From: Welwitschia mirabilis
Lineage: Eukaryota
NCBI GenBank assembly: GCA_051453625.1
Contig: JBOZIK010000001.1
Span: 4,157,867-4,214,376, forward strand
Length of the DNA: 56,510 bases
Direction: 5' to 3'
Under the pieces are notes generated by a model that was given only the letters and a program-made list of their open reading frames with translations, had not been told where the DNA came from and made no database searches. The translations under genes and the position numbers were made by a program. Of the stretch, positions 1 through 13,399 are shown one piece after another. Numbering within the stretch: position 1 is the first letter of the stretch; every line of letters begins with the position of its first letter.

Positions 1-138
1 ATTATATTAAGGACTTATTGCCATCTATTCTTGCATGATAAATAGAACTCAAATTTCATTTCTTTAGTTGATGATTATTTTAATCAAATTGGCTCGCAAT
101 CTAGTTGATCGCCTACTTTGTCAAGGAATGACAAGGTT

Positions 139-151
139 AAGTAGGGGGCTA
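139..151 (+). promoter_or_regulatory. Polypurine tract (PPT) of LTR retrotransposon X
   Basis: The purine-rich AAGTAGGGGGCTA lies immediately before the TG that starts the LTR at 152. Confidence 0.6.
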
Positions 152-1605
152 TGTTGTGATGCTAATTTGTAGGAATTTGATGGTGTATTTGGAGTAATTT
201 TGCAGGACATTTATTTAGGTTTAGATGCAATTCTGCTGATTATAGAGAGATGACAAGATGATCATTAAAACATGTAATTTTTGGAATAATTAAAGGTATT
301 NNNNNNNNNNNNNNNNNNNNNNNNNNNNNNNNNNNNNNNNNNNNNNNNNNNNNNNNNNNNNNNNNNNNNNNNNNNNNNNNNNNNNNNNNNNNNNNNNNNN
401 NNNNNNNNNNNNNNNNNNNNNNNNNNNNNNNNNNNNNNNNNNNNNNNNNNNNNNNNNNNNNNNNNNNNNNNNNNNNNNNNNNNNNNNNNNNNNNNNNNNN
501 NNNNNNNNNNNNNNNNNNNNNNNNNNNNNNNNNNNNNNNNNNNNNNNNNNNNNNNNNNNNNNNNNNNNNNNNNNNNNNNNNNNNNNNNNNNNNNNNNNNN
601 NNNNNNNNNNNNNNNNNNNNNNNNNNNNNNNNNNNNNNNNNNNNNNNNNNNNNNNNNNNNNNNNNNNNNNNNNNNNNNNNNNNNNNNNNNNNNNNNNNNN
701 NNNNNNNNNNNNNNNNNNNNNNNNNNNNNNNNNNNNNNNNNNNNNNNNNNNNNNNNNNNNNNNNNNNNNNNNNNNNNNNNNNNNNNNNNNNNNNNNNNNN
801 NNNNNNNNNNNNNNNNNNNNNNNNNNNNNNNNNNNNNNNNNNNNNNNNNNNNNNNNNNNNNNNNNNNNNNNNNNNNNNNNNNNNNNNNNNNNNNNNNNNN
901 NNNNNNNNNNNNNNNNNNNNNNNNNNNNNNNNNNNNNNNNNNNNNNNNNNNNNNNNNNNNNNNNNNNNNNNNNNNNNNNNNNNNNNNNNNNNNNNNNNNN
1001 NNNNNNNNNNNNNNNNNNNNNNNNNNNNNNNNNNNNNNNNNNNNNNNNNNNGAATGTCCTTTATGCTTTAAGTTGGTCATAGTTAAGTGACAGTACTATG
1101 ATTTATTTAGATCATGAGGTCAACCTTTGTTAAGGTTGATCTTGGTTAGTAATAGGTTTACATTACATTTACATTTCATTCCATATTGTATTTCATGTTC
1201 TACTTAGTATATTTTATAGTTTATGTTGATTAAGAACTAGTTAAATGCTCTTCTCAATTGATATGAATTATGAAAAAGATAGTCTTTGTGACAGGAAGGC
1301 TAGAGGATAATCTTTGTAATAAAAAGATTAGGATCTAAGTAGAATCTCATTTCCATTTCCATCTACTTGCATTTCACATTCATTCATCTTGCATTACATT
1401 TACTTTATTATTTACTTTCAGTTAGTAAAGGATAAAAGACCAAAAACTACTTTTGTAAATCAATTCTCCAACTCTAAGCCTAGTGCCTTCATTGGAATTA
1501 CAACATTCAGGTGAACTCTCGTCTATACTAGCGTGTGTCTTTTTATAAGTTATATGATTTATAGGTTTACTTAAGAACTTCAAGATTGCATAAATTCACA
1601 TTGCA
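152..1605 (+). repeat. 3' LTR of Athila-type Ty3/gypsy element X (spans an N gap)
   Basis: Starts TGTTG after a PPT and ends ...TTGCATAAATTCACATTGCA. Its 5' end, an internal motif (GAGGTCAACCTTTGTTAAGGTTGATCTTGG) and its 3' end (…CTATACTAGC…) align with the LTRs at 47011 and 52300. No PBS follows; coding sequence of another element resumes instead. Confidence 0.75.
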
Positions 1606-4600
1606 ATAAAGACGTTAAAAGAAAAACTATAAATGATACTTCATAACATTCTTTATCCTTTCCTATGAGAAGTAAATAAATAAAACATTCAAAAGTTGAA
1701 AAAGATATAAAATACTTAACCATATTATTAGAAGATATAAAGATACCAATACCTCTCTTAAAAAAGTAAGGAGAAGGATAAAGAAAAAAAAAATAAATTG
1801 AAATGGTAAGGAAAGATTAAGTTTCTTAAGCTTCCATATAAGTTCTTAAAAATAGATAACATGAAAAGTATAGTGATCTTAAAACACATATGATTAATGT
1901 GAAAATCGACAGAAAACTCAAAGTTGAAGAACTTGTTGATCTTAAATCAATTATTAATGTGATGGCCTATGAAAATTATGAGAAATTAGGAAAATCAAAC
2001 TAATGCCATACCAAGGAAAAATTTACCTAGCAGATGGCTCAGTAGTTATACTATAAGTAGTTTTAAAGGATATACCTATAGAACTCTAAGGTTTTATTTA
2101 TTTAATATGCTCACCAGTCATAAAAACTCAAAGAGATACCCATGTACTAATTCTTGAAAAACGTGAATGACTACTAAAAATGCTACTATCTAATCTAGAA
2201 GAGGGGTAATGAAAATTAGTCTTGAAGATATTAAAAAAGGAATTAAACTTTTTAATGCAGCAGTTATTAAAGAAATGGTACAAAAGACTAAGGAATCAAT
2301 GCAATTTTAACTTAGGATGTTAATCTAATGTTAAACAAATAAAATCAGAAGAAATATAAAGAAGAAGATTAGTAACTAAAGAAATAGAAAAACATATTCT
2401 TAAGGAAGGATTGAAATATATTGAGGTAGATTCTAATAGACTTTTAATCATAATAGTTGTTTAACTTATTCTCAAAAGAGAAAACTTAAGAAAATGTTAA
2501 TTAAGAGAAAAGGAGCTTTTTCTTGGAATCATATTAATATTAAAAGAATAGATATAAGAATTAGTCAATAATGAGTCTATTTAGACACTTCTATAAAACC
2601 AAGTCAACAACCAGAAAGAAGATATAACCCATATATGTAAGAGGTAATTAAACAAAAAATTTCCAAACTCATATAAGTGAAATTTATCTATCCTACATAT
2701 GTTTAAAAATGGGTTAGCCCTGTAATAGTAGTACCAATGAAAGGAAATAAATGGAGAGTATGTATAGATTTTAAAATGATAAATACAATGACCTATAAAG
2801 ACCATTCCTATTTCATTTATTGATTAAGTTTTAGAAAGAGTATCTAGACATTAGTACTATAGCTTTCTAAATGGATATAGTGGTTAAAATCAACTACCTA
2901 TAGTCTTAAAAGATCAAGCCAAAATAACTTTCACTTATCATTGTGTTATTATGCTTATAACGTACTTTCATTTGGACTATGTAATGCTTCCACTACTTTT
3001 TAGAGATTAGTAAATAGTATTTTTCAAGACATAATAGAAAGATCAGTTGACATGTTTATGAATGATTTCTCAACATTTGGAAAATTTTTTGAATAATTAC
3101 TTGAAAGATTCGAAAAATTTTTAGAAAGATATGAAGAAAAATGCCTTAAACGTAGCTAGTCAAAAAGTCATATGATGGTGATAAAAGGCATAGTATTAGG
3201 ACAAAAAATATCTAAGAAAGAAATTGAAACTGATGAATAAAAAATCAAAGCTATTAAAAAGATTCCATTCCTAACCAAACTAAAAGAGTTAAGTTTTTTT
3301 TAAAGACATCTTGAATATTATACAAGATTCATATTCAACTTTAGTAAAATTACTAAATCTTTGAGTTTTTTCCTACAAAAAGATATGAAATATTATTGGA
3401 TTGATGAGTGTGAAAATGCCTACCAAACTTTAAAATATAAACTTTTATCAGAACCTATTTTGCAAGGGTCAAATTGGGTAAGACTGTTCCACACTATAAT
3501 TAGTGTATTTAAGCATGCTATGGTAGAATTTTTAGGTTAAAAAATGATGATAACAAACTTTATGTAATTTTGTATATAAGTAAAAACTTCAAATTAGCTA
3601 AACAAAATTATACAATAATAAAGAAGGAATTATTGGTAGTAGTGATGGCATTAGAAAAATTCGAACATTATATATTGGATTATGAAGTTAAATTTCATAC
3701 TAATCATAATGTCATTAGATCTTTTAATGAATAAAAAACAATCAAACTTGATAATTATGAGATGGATATTATTGATGTAAGAGTTTGATTTAAAAATATT
3801 TGATAAAAAGATGAAGAGTAGATTAACATTAGAGATGAATTTCTAGATGAGCATCCTTTTTAGGTATCCACAAATCTGTGGTATGCCAACATTGCTAACT
3901 TTATTACAGGTAAAATATTATCCTCATTTATGACTCATTATTAGAGATTATGATTATTAAAGAAATTTAGAGATTATATTTAACATGATAAAATGTCATT
4001 TAAAGAATGTAAGAATCATGTTAGAACTTATAAGAGGATATTTTAAAAGAAGATTATAAAGGAGGAGGAGGACATTATGATGCAAAAAATATAAGAATGA
4101 AGATCCTTCATTTGGGATATCATTAACCCACCATCTTTAAAGATGCAAATAAGTATATTCAAAGTTGTGACAAATGCCAGATAGAAGAAATATTTAATCA
4201 AAAGTTAAAANNNNNNNAATAATGGATTCAAACAATTAAACCCTTTGATGTTTGGGGAATAGATTTTGTTGGACCTATTAATCCCTCATCTTTTGGAAAA
4301 ATGTACATTCTGGTCTATGTTAATTACTTTACAAAATGGATTGAGGCCAAGTCTATGACTAATTACCCAAACTATAGTTAATTCTTTCATTAGAAATATT
4401 ATCTACCAGTTTGAAGCCCATCAAAGCCTTATATTTGATAGAGGAACCNNNNNNNNNNNNNNNNNNNNNNNNNNNNNNNNNNNNNNNNNNNNNNNNNNNN
4501 NNNNNNNNNNNNNNNNNNNNNNNNNNNNNNNNNNNNNNNNNNNNNNNNAGAAATATTATCTACCAGTTTGAAGCCCATCAAAGCCTTATATTTGATAGAG

Positions 4601-5330
4601 GAACCCACTTGACTAGTGAAATTTTTGAGAAACTTTTAACCAAATTTAAAATCCATCACAAACTCTCTACTACCTATCACTCCCAATGGCTAAGTAGAAG
4701 TAACCAATAGAGAAATTAATAGAATATTAATAAAAGTTATAAATAATTAAAAAACCAATTTGGTTAATAAACTAAATGAAGCTCTATGGGCTTATAGAAT
4801 ATTAATAAAAGTTATAAATAATTAAAAAACCAATTGGATTAAAAAAAACACTATAATATTTACTCCTTATGAATTAGCCAATGGAAAAAAGGCTATTTTG
4901 CCAATTGAATTTAGAATAAAAACATTTAAATTGGCTAAATAATTAAAATGTAATTTAGACACATCTTAAAAATAATGGATAGAGAACATAAATATTCTAG
5001 ATGAAAATAGAAAAGAATATCTTCTACGTAAAGAACTTATAAAATAAAAAATTAAAATATACCATGATAATAAAATTAAGAAAATAAATTTTAATGTAGA
5101 AGACTTCATATTAATGTATAATCTGAAGAAAATCCATTTAAAACAAAAATATAAATAAAACTAGCTCAGACCCTATATTGTAATAAATATCCTAGGAAAT
5201 GGAGCCATAGAAATATATGATCTTAACCAAAAAGTAACCTACCAAGTTAATGGACAAAAATTAAGAATTTACTATGATCATAAATCCATGCTAAATTACT
5301 TAAGCAACCCTTGCAGGGTGAAATGAATAC
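1606..5330 (+). pseudogene. Degenerate gag C-terminus and pol of element A (protease, RT, RNaseH, integrase)
   Basis: Manual translation gives protease LVDLKSIINVMAYENYEKLG (~1930); RT KWVSPVIVVPMKGNKWRVCIDF (~2710), DHSLFHF-like, FGLCNA and MFMNDFSTFG (3052, catalytic DD to ND); RNaseH KKELLVVVMALEKFEHYILD and RWILLM*EFD; integrase GGHY…FKDANKYIQSCDKCQ, PFDVWGIDFVGP, EALWAYR, and GPY/F-type PYIVINILGNGAIEI…VNGQKLRIY. Many stops and frameshifts. Confidence 0.9.
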
Positions 5331-7945
5331 TTCTACTCTACCTCTAAGATAAGATTCAAAATTAAATAATAAAAGGCATGTCATTTCTTTAAAGTTTATT
5401 TTAATTTATTAATTTACTAAATTGTTAAGGTAAATGAAATGATTATGAAATTAGAATTTGACCTAATAAGTCTTTAATAGGAAATTGTACATCATCTTTA
5501 TTATGGAGAATGAAAAGACACATTCCATCATGAAAGTGACTTCTAAGTATTTGCTTGAGGAAAAAAGAAAAAAGGCACAATGTTCTATCACAAGTGTATT
5601 GGGGTGAATATTCCTAAGAGGGACCTTTAGCAATATAATATAGTAGCTGTTAGAACTCTACTAAGGGGTTAGTTAGCCATATATATATATATAGTCATTA
5701 ATGATGATCTTGTGGAATTCTCACCCAGAGAAAGTAAATGCATCTTACCTAGTGATTGAATCAACATGTTTATTTCCTTTGGGTGGAACAACTAGAAGTT
5801 TTGATAAGGTTTAAAATCCCATAATATTCTCTCTACATTCTTCTTATCAAAATTGTGGATAGCAAGTCTTAGGACAAGTTTGATGCCTTAATTAAATTTC
5901 ATTTATAATACTTATATCTACTCAGTTAGATAATCCAAACATATATTACAAGTTAATTCATTATAATTAAGCTTTGACATAGCTACTCAGTCCTCATCCT
6001 TAGATACTTATTCACTAAGTAGTAAACTAATGGATCAGATGGATGAAACCACCCCAAAAATGATCTTTACTAGCTTACTGATGAAGAAATTTAAAGCATA
6101 TAAGAACTTAGTAGTTGAATTATAGTTATAGTATGGGAATTATTAGACTATGTTTTTGTATCTAATGGAGATCTAATAAGATTGAGTATCTATATTGCTT
6201 ATGCATATATCTGCCTATTTAATACCCAAGTTAAAAAGGCATTGCTTCATAGTTTTAATACCAAAAGTAGTAGTAGGAGAAAACTGAGGAGTGTAAGCCA
6301 TGAAAATTGATGTAGAAAAGGAGATAAAAGGTAAAGAAAAATATCATAAATGGATTCCTAGACTTAGATGAAAAATGATGAATGATCAAGTAGGAAAGAG
6401 ACACAATTTATATTTCAAAATTTATCCTCTTATCTGATAAGTATAATTTATGTAAGTTATCAAGTGCACATGTGTTTAATTTTTAAGTAAAAAATTGATT
6501 AAGTGATATACCTATTTTACTAATAACTAAAGTATACCAAGTGTCAGCATTTATCTTCAAGTAGGTTTGGAATAAAATTATTTCAAACTGACTAAGATTC
6601 AAACTAAAATTGAAACTTCAGATCAATTTTATATTTCTTAAGCTTCATACTACTGTGGGGATCCATTAAATCTTACTTTTAAAAAATACATCATTAATAA
6701 TTATCATGAACCCTGCATATGTCTTATAATTAAAAGAAAATTATTCAACAATATTTAAAAACTGAAAAATGATTTTCTTTTGTCTTATTTTAGAACGATA
6801 AGAATAGAATTACCAATGTTTTTCTCCAGCAGGATGCTATCACAAATTGAACTTTAAAGCTAAAAGGATATTGCTTGGCTAATTGATACTAACCTAAAGA
6901 CAAATCTTTAGGTAAGATTTAAAGTCAACTTTTTAAAATTTAGATTTTTTTAATATTGATACCAACTTAAAGTTAAAACTTTGAGTTATATTTCATACCC
7001 AAAATCATTTATATTTCTTTAGAACCTAAATTTATAATTATACTATGATTGATTAACACCAAATCAAACTCAAAACTTTAAATTAGAATTCAAGCCTAAC
7101 CCTTGGCTAGCAAGTCCTAGTAGTTAATTAAAACCAATCCAAAGCTGAAGCTTTTGATTCGATTTAAAGTCAACCTAATCCATGAATTTTCTCTTATAGA
7201 GGAGGGCCTCATTCTTGATAATCCCCCTCAACTTCCCTCTATAACTCTCACATGGTAAATTTATTCTTTCATTTACATGTGTGTTATTGATAATAATGTT
7301 AAGAATTCGAAGGACCCCATTGAGAATTCATGAGTTCTCAATGACCATCTTTGAACTTTTTTAATTTCTTCCATAATGGATTTTATGAATCCTCTTAAGA
7401 ACTCATGAATTCTTAATGGCCCTTATTAAATCTACTACTGTGGGGAGTGATTACAACTTAAATATAACTATGTGTTTCTCCTTTATCACACTTAAAGTTA
7501 TTCTCAATGATCCACCTCTATTCTTGATGATTCCCATTGCACTATAAAATCCACGTCATGTCTAGTTAATGTCATGTTAATCACACCGAGACTACTATAT
7601 CAACACTTATATTACTAGCTTTGGATTAGCCAAATTTTTAGATTTTCACCTTACCAACTAGGCATTTACATTTTTTTAACATTAGCAAGGTATGAAAATT
7701 TTTAGTTAAATCTATTTTCTTTATGGTAATATTTTTTATTTACTACTCAATCATGTGATTTTAATATAATAATAACTACAAATTTTACATATTTAAAGAA
7801 GGAAACAGGTTAGGAATTTTTACTTATAACCTGCATTTATACTTTACAATCATAGATATTTTTTTATTCTTGAGCTTTTTAACAATGAAAAACAATCTTA
7901 AAGCTAAAATTTCAAGTATGATTATCCTATCTTTTGTTAATTCAG

Positions 7946-10750
7946 GAGGCTACTAAACTTTACTTGGGGAAGGAGTTAAATAGATTTACTACATACAATG
8001 CTTTTTCATTTGAATAAGTAATGTTTTGTCTTACTAGAAAGTGAATTTTATTTAAAGGTTCTCTACTGCAATTCTCTTGCTTAATCCAATCTCTAGCATA
8101 AATTTTTATTGAATGCAAGGTTATTTCATCATTAAATTTTACTCAAGTACTTACAGACTCCTACTTAATAGAATTTAAGCAAAGCATCATTGATCTGGGA
8201 TGGTATGAATGGCTTACATGAACAACAAATTCTCTTTAGAATTTGTATATGAATTTTACAAGAATTTGAGAATAAACGATGTCAAAAATATGCTGGAAAT
8301 CATTCTGAAGAACTAGTAACTAATAATCATCCAAAAGAACATAAGATAAATTCTGCATCTATCACCTAGAGGGAAATTCATAGATGATACTTGTAGAAAA
8401 TAAGATGAAAATCTAAGTACAAATTTGATAGGATGAGTGGTAGTTCAAGGATGAACACTAATTTATAAGGATACAGAACTATAATTCTTCATTATTTCTA
8501 AAATGATGGCCATTAATTTGGTGCCCCTTCTTCATAAATAAAAGGATATCACATTACATGATATTTATATGATTACAGCTATAAAGGACAAGACAAATTA
8601 CACTAATGTAAATATTACAGAAGGAATCATTTTGGAGATGGTAAGGCATATTACCAAATTGAATAAAGTTGGAATTAGAGCTTCGGATATTATAGAACTT
8701 GGATTTCCTTTCTTGATTACACAAATTTTGAGCAAAAATAAAATTTCATTTTAATCAAATAAATCTTATGTTGAAGTCTTCATTTAAAGTTTATTTGGAG
8801 TTAATGAGTTTAGTCTCCTAGGAATGCCAAGATATAAGATAGCCCAACTAGATTTAGGGAAATCTTCTTTTACTCCCTATAATCTACCTTCATTACTATC
8901 CCCTTTAAGTGTACCACAGGGCCTAATTCAATTTACATTGAAGGAACGTTTACCTTCTCATCTATTTCAGTCTAGTAAATTATTCAAAGCACTAGATGAG
9001 GATAAGTTAAATAGCCTCTATAGTGCTTTGAATTTAGTTAAAGATGAAATTTAAACTTGTCTAATAAGAAAGAAGAATTATTGGCATTATAAGATTAGGT
9101 ACATAATCTAAAATTTGAAAATGAATTCTTAAAATACAAACTAGATCAAGAAAAAGAAAATAATAAATGGCTATGTCAAGAGATCATCAACCAAGAAGAG
9201 GACCTTTATCTTTCTAAATTCTTCAAAGAAGTAACTAGAAAATTATAAGAATCTTATAAGCACATTAAGCTTGAATATACTACTAAAGATAAGGGGGAAT
9301 TGGAAGCTTTTCTAAGAAAAACACTAGATATGTTAATATTCTTATTACAGAATTTATCTTGAAGCAAAGAATATGATACTAAATACATTAACAATCAACC
9401 AAAATTTATTACTTTTATGCATAATGAAGGGCCTCTACCCCTAAATAGGGAATTTTTAAATAATATTTACATAGACCTATAGGGGATGAATGAGAAATAT
9501 ATGAAAATTCATGCATAGCCCTAGAAATATAAAAACAAATGGCTTAGAGGTTAAAATTCTTTGGAATACTATTAGTTCCTTATTGTAGCAAATAAGAAAG
9601 CCATGGATCAATTAGTAGAAGAAAATAAGACTCTCAATAATTAAATGAGAATGGCAAGTTCTTTCAGTCAAATACCACTAAATTATTTAATAAGATAATT
9701 TTCTTCAAAATTAAAGAGGAGATTAGAATATCAATAAGTTCAATTCAGAGCACTCCTTTGACTTCTTTAACTTTATCTTATGAAATGGGAAATAAGATAA
9801 AATCAAGCATCATTAATACTTTAAAATTATCTCATGCAAAGCTAAAGAAGGATTTCAAATTAATAAGCCCTGAATATATCCAACTCATCATACAAAATTT
9901 AGAAAAGGAAAATATGATATTGCTTCATAAGCTCTATTTCATGGAAATAAAGTTAAGTAAGAGAATTAGATTTGGTTAGGAAGAATTGGCAGTATCACGT
10001 AGCCTTGATTATTACCCTCAAAAGTTATATAAAAGCACTGACAAATTTGAAGAACATTTAGAAAAAAATATTTATAAAACTTTTAGAGATTGATTAAAGC
10101 TGATATATAATTTTAATAATTTTAAAAAGGATATTAAAAAGTGATGAAGGAAAATCATCCTAAAAGAACTAGGAGTTCTCAAGAGAAAACTCAAGAATTT
10201 TTTTAGCTAATACAATAATAAAAGTTTTTATAAATTTAGATGAGTGTAAATTAGACGTTAAGGTTTTTATTATCTCCTCTTAGGATTTGAATAGTTATGT
10301 TCTTTTAGAGGATAAATTATTAATAACATGAGTATGTTGAAAGGCACATTTGTAAATATTTTCTCAAAGTTCAAAGAAAGAGATTCATTTGAGATGTATA
10401 TAGTTATTTTAGGGCAAATCTTAGAATTAGAATCATTAGTTGAGGTAATTCTAGAAATAGGATGTGTGATCTAAAGTTTTAAAGCAAGACCTCTTTAGCA
10501 CCTAAAAGGAAAAGAGAAGAATCAACTAGGCCAAGGACTCCTTCATGAGATAGAGGCCATGACAAAAAATTAATTTCAAAATAGGTAGAATCAAATACCA
10601 CAGACCTAAATGATCATACTCTTAGGAAAAGCAAAAAAGGATCTTAGAATCCTTATAAAAGAAAAAACAATCTTTCTAGCTCACTAAACAAAAATAAGAG
10701 TCAGAGCCCAGTGAAGATACCCTTTCAGTTTTAAAAGGAGAAGAGGAAAG
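7946..10750 (+). pseudogene. Degenerate Athila env-like/ORF2 (plant transposon protein, ATHILA/Transposase_32-like) with long charged helical extension
   Basis: LGWYEWL…EFVYEFYKNL (~8190-8270) and NLVPLLH…ITLHDIYMITAI…VNITEGIILEM…LGFPFLITQIL (8510-8754) match the LVREFYAN / NL.P..H / INVG.II / LPFP.LIT.L pattern of Athila ORF2. Position after integrase fits. Fragments 8824-9054 and 9758-9979 continue on the same strand. Confidence 0.7.
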
Positions 10751-11590
10751 TAATAAGGTTTTTCATCTTTATCTCCTGTGAATACTCTATTTTTTAAGAA
10801 ATTAACAAAAACTTAAGTTTAGAGTAACTGATGAAGATAAATTTTATGTAATAATTTACTTATTAATGAAGTGTTTTTATTATTTTAGTTAAGTATTTTC
10901 TTAATAAATAGATATTTCTATCTATATTTATGCCTACAAATAAATAGGTTAGTGGTTAGTATGTTAGTAGGTTAGTGTATATATTTCATTATTATATTTT
11001 AGGTATAGGATGTCAAGTGATATAAAGATGAGAGAGACAATTAAGAAGAGAATTAGCATAATAACCTTAATAACTTAACTATTCCTAAGGAGCAAAGAAT
11101 GGAAACTGAAAAACTAACTAGGGTATAAAATGTAATCCCCATCAAAGGTGGGGATTTTTTGGTTCATAAGTTCTAGCAATGAACAATGTAAATAGGTCAA
11201 GTAAGGGAACTCCAACTCACATACAAAGGTGTCAATAGCACTTTTCCACATTCCATAGTATTGCGTAAAAAGGAGAATACACTTGTTAGCTTATCTTTAT
11301 GTAAAATTAATATTTCAATACAAAAGCTAAAAAAACATTTGAATATAATTGTATGCATCTTTTATTACTTAAAAATGTAATATTAAATTTTTCTTACTTC
11401 TATTTATATAACAAAACATAAACTAAAATAATTTTAATGCTTAGAAATACGTATTAATCAGTAGGTTTCTTAACTTCAGTTATGTTTTATTTCTTTCTCT
11501 ATTCCTTTTTGATGTATTATATGTGCATAGTAGTTTGGATTTAATAAATAACCTGACTAGTTCAAGTAACTTATTATAAGACTGTTGTAA

Positions 11591-12600
11591 TGATGAATTT
11601 TAAACTAAACGGTTAAGTCTTACCTAGTTTTTTAGTAAGTTTTCATTTATTTTTATTTTAATGATGTTTATTTTAGGTTAATAGTTACACAATTTATATA
11701 CCTTTCCAACATTTTTAATAGTTTATAATAAAATTTTATGATACTTTCTGAATTTATTTTATAACATAAGCCATTCATCATGCTATAAGATATAATCTTG
11801 TCTACCTAATTATAAATGATGAAGATTCTAATACTAAAAGCCAAGAGCTTATAACCATTCCTCATCCCCGTTTATCCTTATAAAAGGGCCTTAAATCTTC
11901 ATCACTTCATCTTTAGCTTTAGAGAATTGTAGAATCTTAAAGCATCAATCATGATGGATTTCTAAGCAACTCTTTAGGGAAGTAAGCTAGTCTTTAAGAA
12001 TTGCTAAGTACTTATTCTTGCATATTTCTTCCTTTGTTATAAAATTTTTTCTTTTCTAAGTTTTACTTTTAATTCAAATTCATAAGTCAAACTATAATTG
12101 AAGCTCTTAGATAAAAATTTATTCATTGAAACTTCTTTCTATTTAAGTGATCTCTTTTGGGTCTTGATCCAAGTTTCTTAATTTTATAGATTTCAAGTGC
12201 TTAGTTTCTTACTTTGTCTTATTGTTTAAGAATTTACAGATCAAGTGGTAATTGAGTTCACCATTACCCATATGGTGAATGAGATAATATCATCATGATC
12301 TAGGCTAAAAATACTTGATGATTTTAAGTGTATTATAAGAAGGCAATTGGATAACATAGGAGTGAAGGATTACTTAAGAATGAATTGATAATACCTTGAA
12401 GCTAGTTTGGTTTTCTCCTCTTTTAAGTTGAAGTTCAAAAAAAATTCTAAATTCATCTATTTCTTTTCTTTTCTTTTCTTAAATTCTATACTTACATTAA
12501 GCTTGTGCAATTCTAAATCGTTACCCATGTTATCCCTCAGGAAGAATAATAATTAATTGTAAACTTAGTTTTAAATATAGACATTATAAAACAATGAATA
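11591..12600 (+). repeat. Probable 5' LTR of Athila element D
   Basis: TGATG start followed by a T-rich U3, a TATAAAAGG box at ~11879, and an end at ...GAATA (CA to TA) directly followed by a degenerate PBS and then UTR and gag. The start boundary is inferred. Confidence 0.55.
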
Positions 12601-12605
12601 GATTT

Positions 12606-12623
12606 TGGCACTAAAGTTAGGGA
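12606..12623 (+). promoter_or_regulatory. Degenerate tRNA-Asp primer binding site (element D)
   Basis: TGGCACTAAAGTTAGGGA versus Athila consensus TGGCGCCGTTGCCGGGGA is 10/18, mostly transitions, at the expected position between LTR and gag. Confidence 0.5.
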
Positions 12624-13399
12624 TAATGATATGATAGTAGCTTAAAAGAGTACTTCTTTCTTTTTAGAAGTTTTTATAAATAGTTTTTATCTTTATAGGG
12701 GTAGGTAATAGTTCTTTTTCCAATAATACCTAAACTAGGCTGTTTCCTTTTTTTCTTTGTATATTTAGTTTTTCTTCTAATGGGTGGAACTAGACCTTTT
12801 AGTGAAACTCAAACTAGTTTGCTTGTTTTTAAAGTTTGTTTTTATGGTAACTTATTTTATGTAGGTCTAAATTTTTGTTTATAGGTTTCTTTTAGGTTAA
12901 AAAACTTTAAAAACTTTTATTAAATTTATGATATATTGCATTATTCCTTTTCTTATTACATTTTAGATGTTTTTACTTTTTGTAAATTTGTTGTGTGCTA
13001 GAAACCTTAAAACTGTAAAAATATTTGGCATAATTTGCATTACATTTGGGCTTACATTCATCATCTTAATATAATTTTTCTATGATCCTATTACTGTAAT
13101 CATTCTAAGAATGTTTTGTAAAATTATCCAAAAAAATAAAAACTAAAATTTGAAATGTGATTGGTGCTGCCATCTATCCTCACTAATGCCACTATCATTT
13201 TTGCTTACAAATTCCTGAGTTTTTAAACAAAGCTTTTGTGTAGATCTTGAAACCTCAGTAATTTGCAAGCACTACAAGAATTCCTCTAAAAACTTACCTA
13301 AAATCTTTTGAACTTATTCTTGTATGATATAAATCTATGATGAAATTGGAAAATTAACCCATAATAATATTGATTCCTATATTAATCACAAAATAATGA

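Larger units (their letters stand above)
1606..11590 (+). mobile_element. Athila-like Ty3/gypsy element A (internal region; both ends interrupted by other insertions)
   Basis: Domain order is protease-RT-RNaseH-integrase, followed by a long 3' region with an env-like ORF. Confidence 0.8.

Noticed and set aside
4390..4605. Direct repeat within integrase of element A around a 100-N gap
   Set aside because: An essentially identical overlap flanking a fixed-size gap is typical of unmerged contig ends. Similar cases occur at 20760/21030, 21968/22162, 55555/55800 and 56006/56166.
13270..13280. Perfect CACTACAAGAA (canonical CACTA TIR 11-mer)
   Set aside because: It lies in the 5' UTR of element D, about 1.1 kb from the subterminal array with gag in between. 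There are no adjacent subterminal repeats or partner TIR, so it is probably a chance match.
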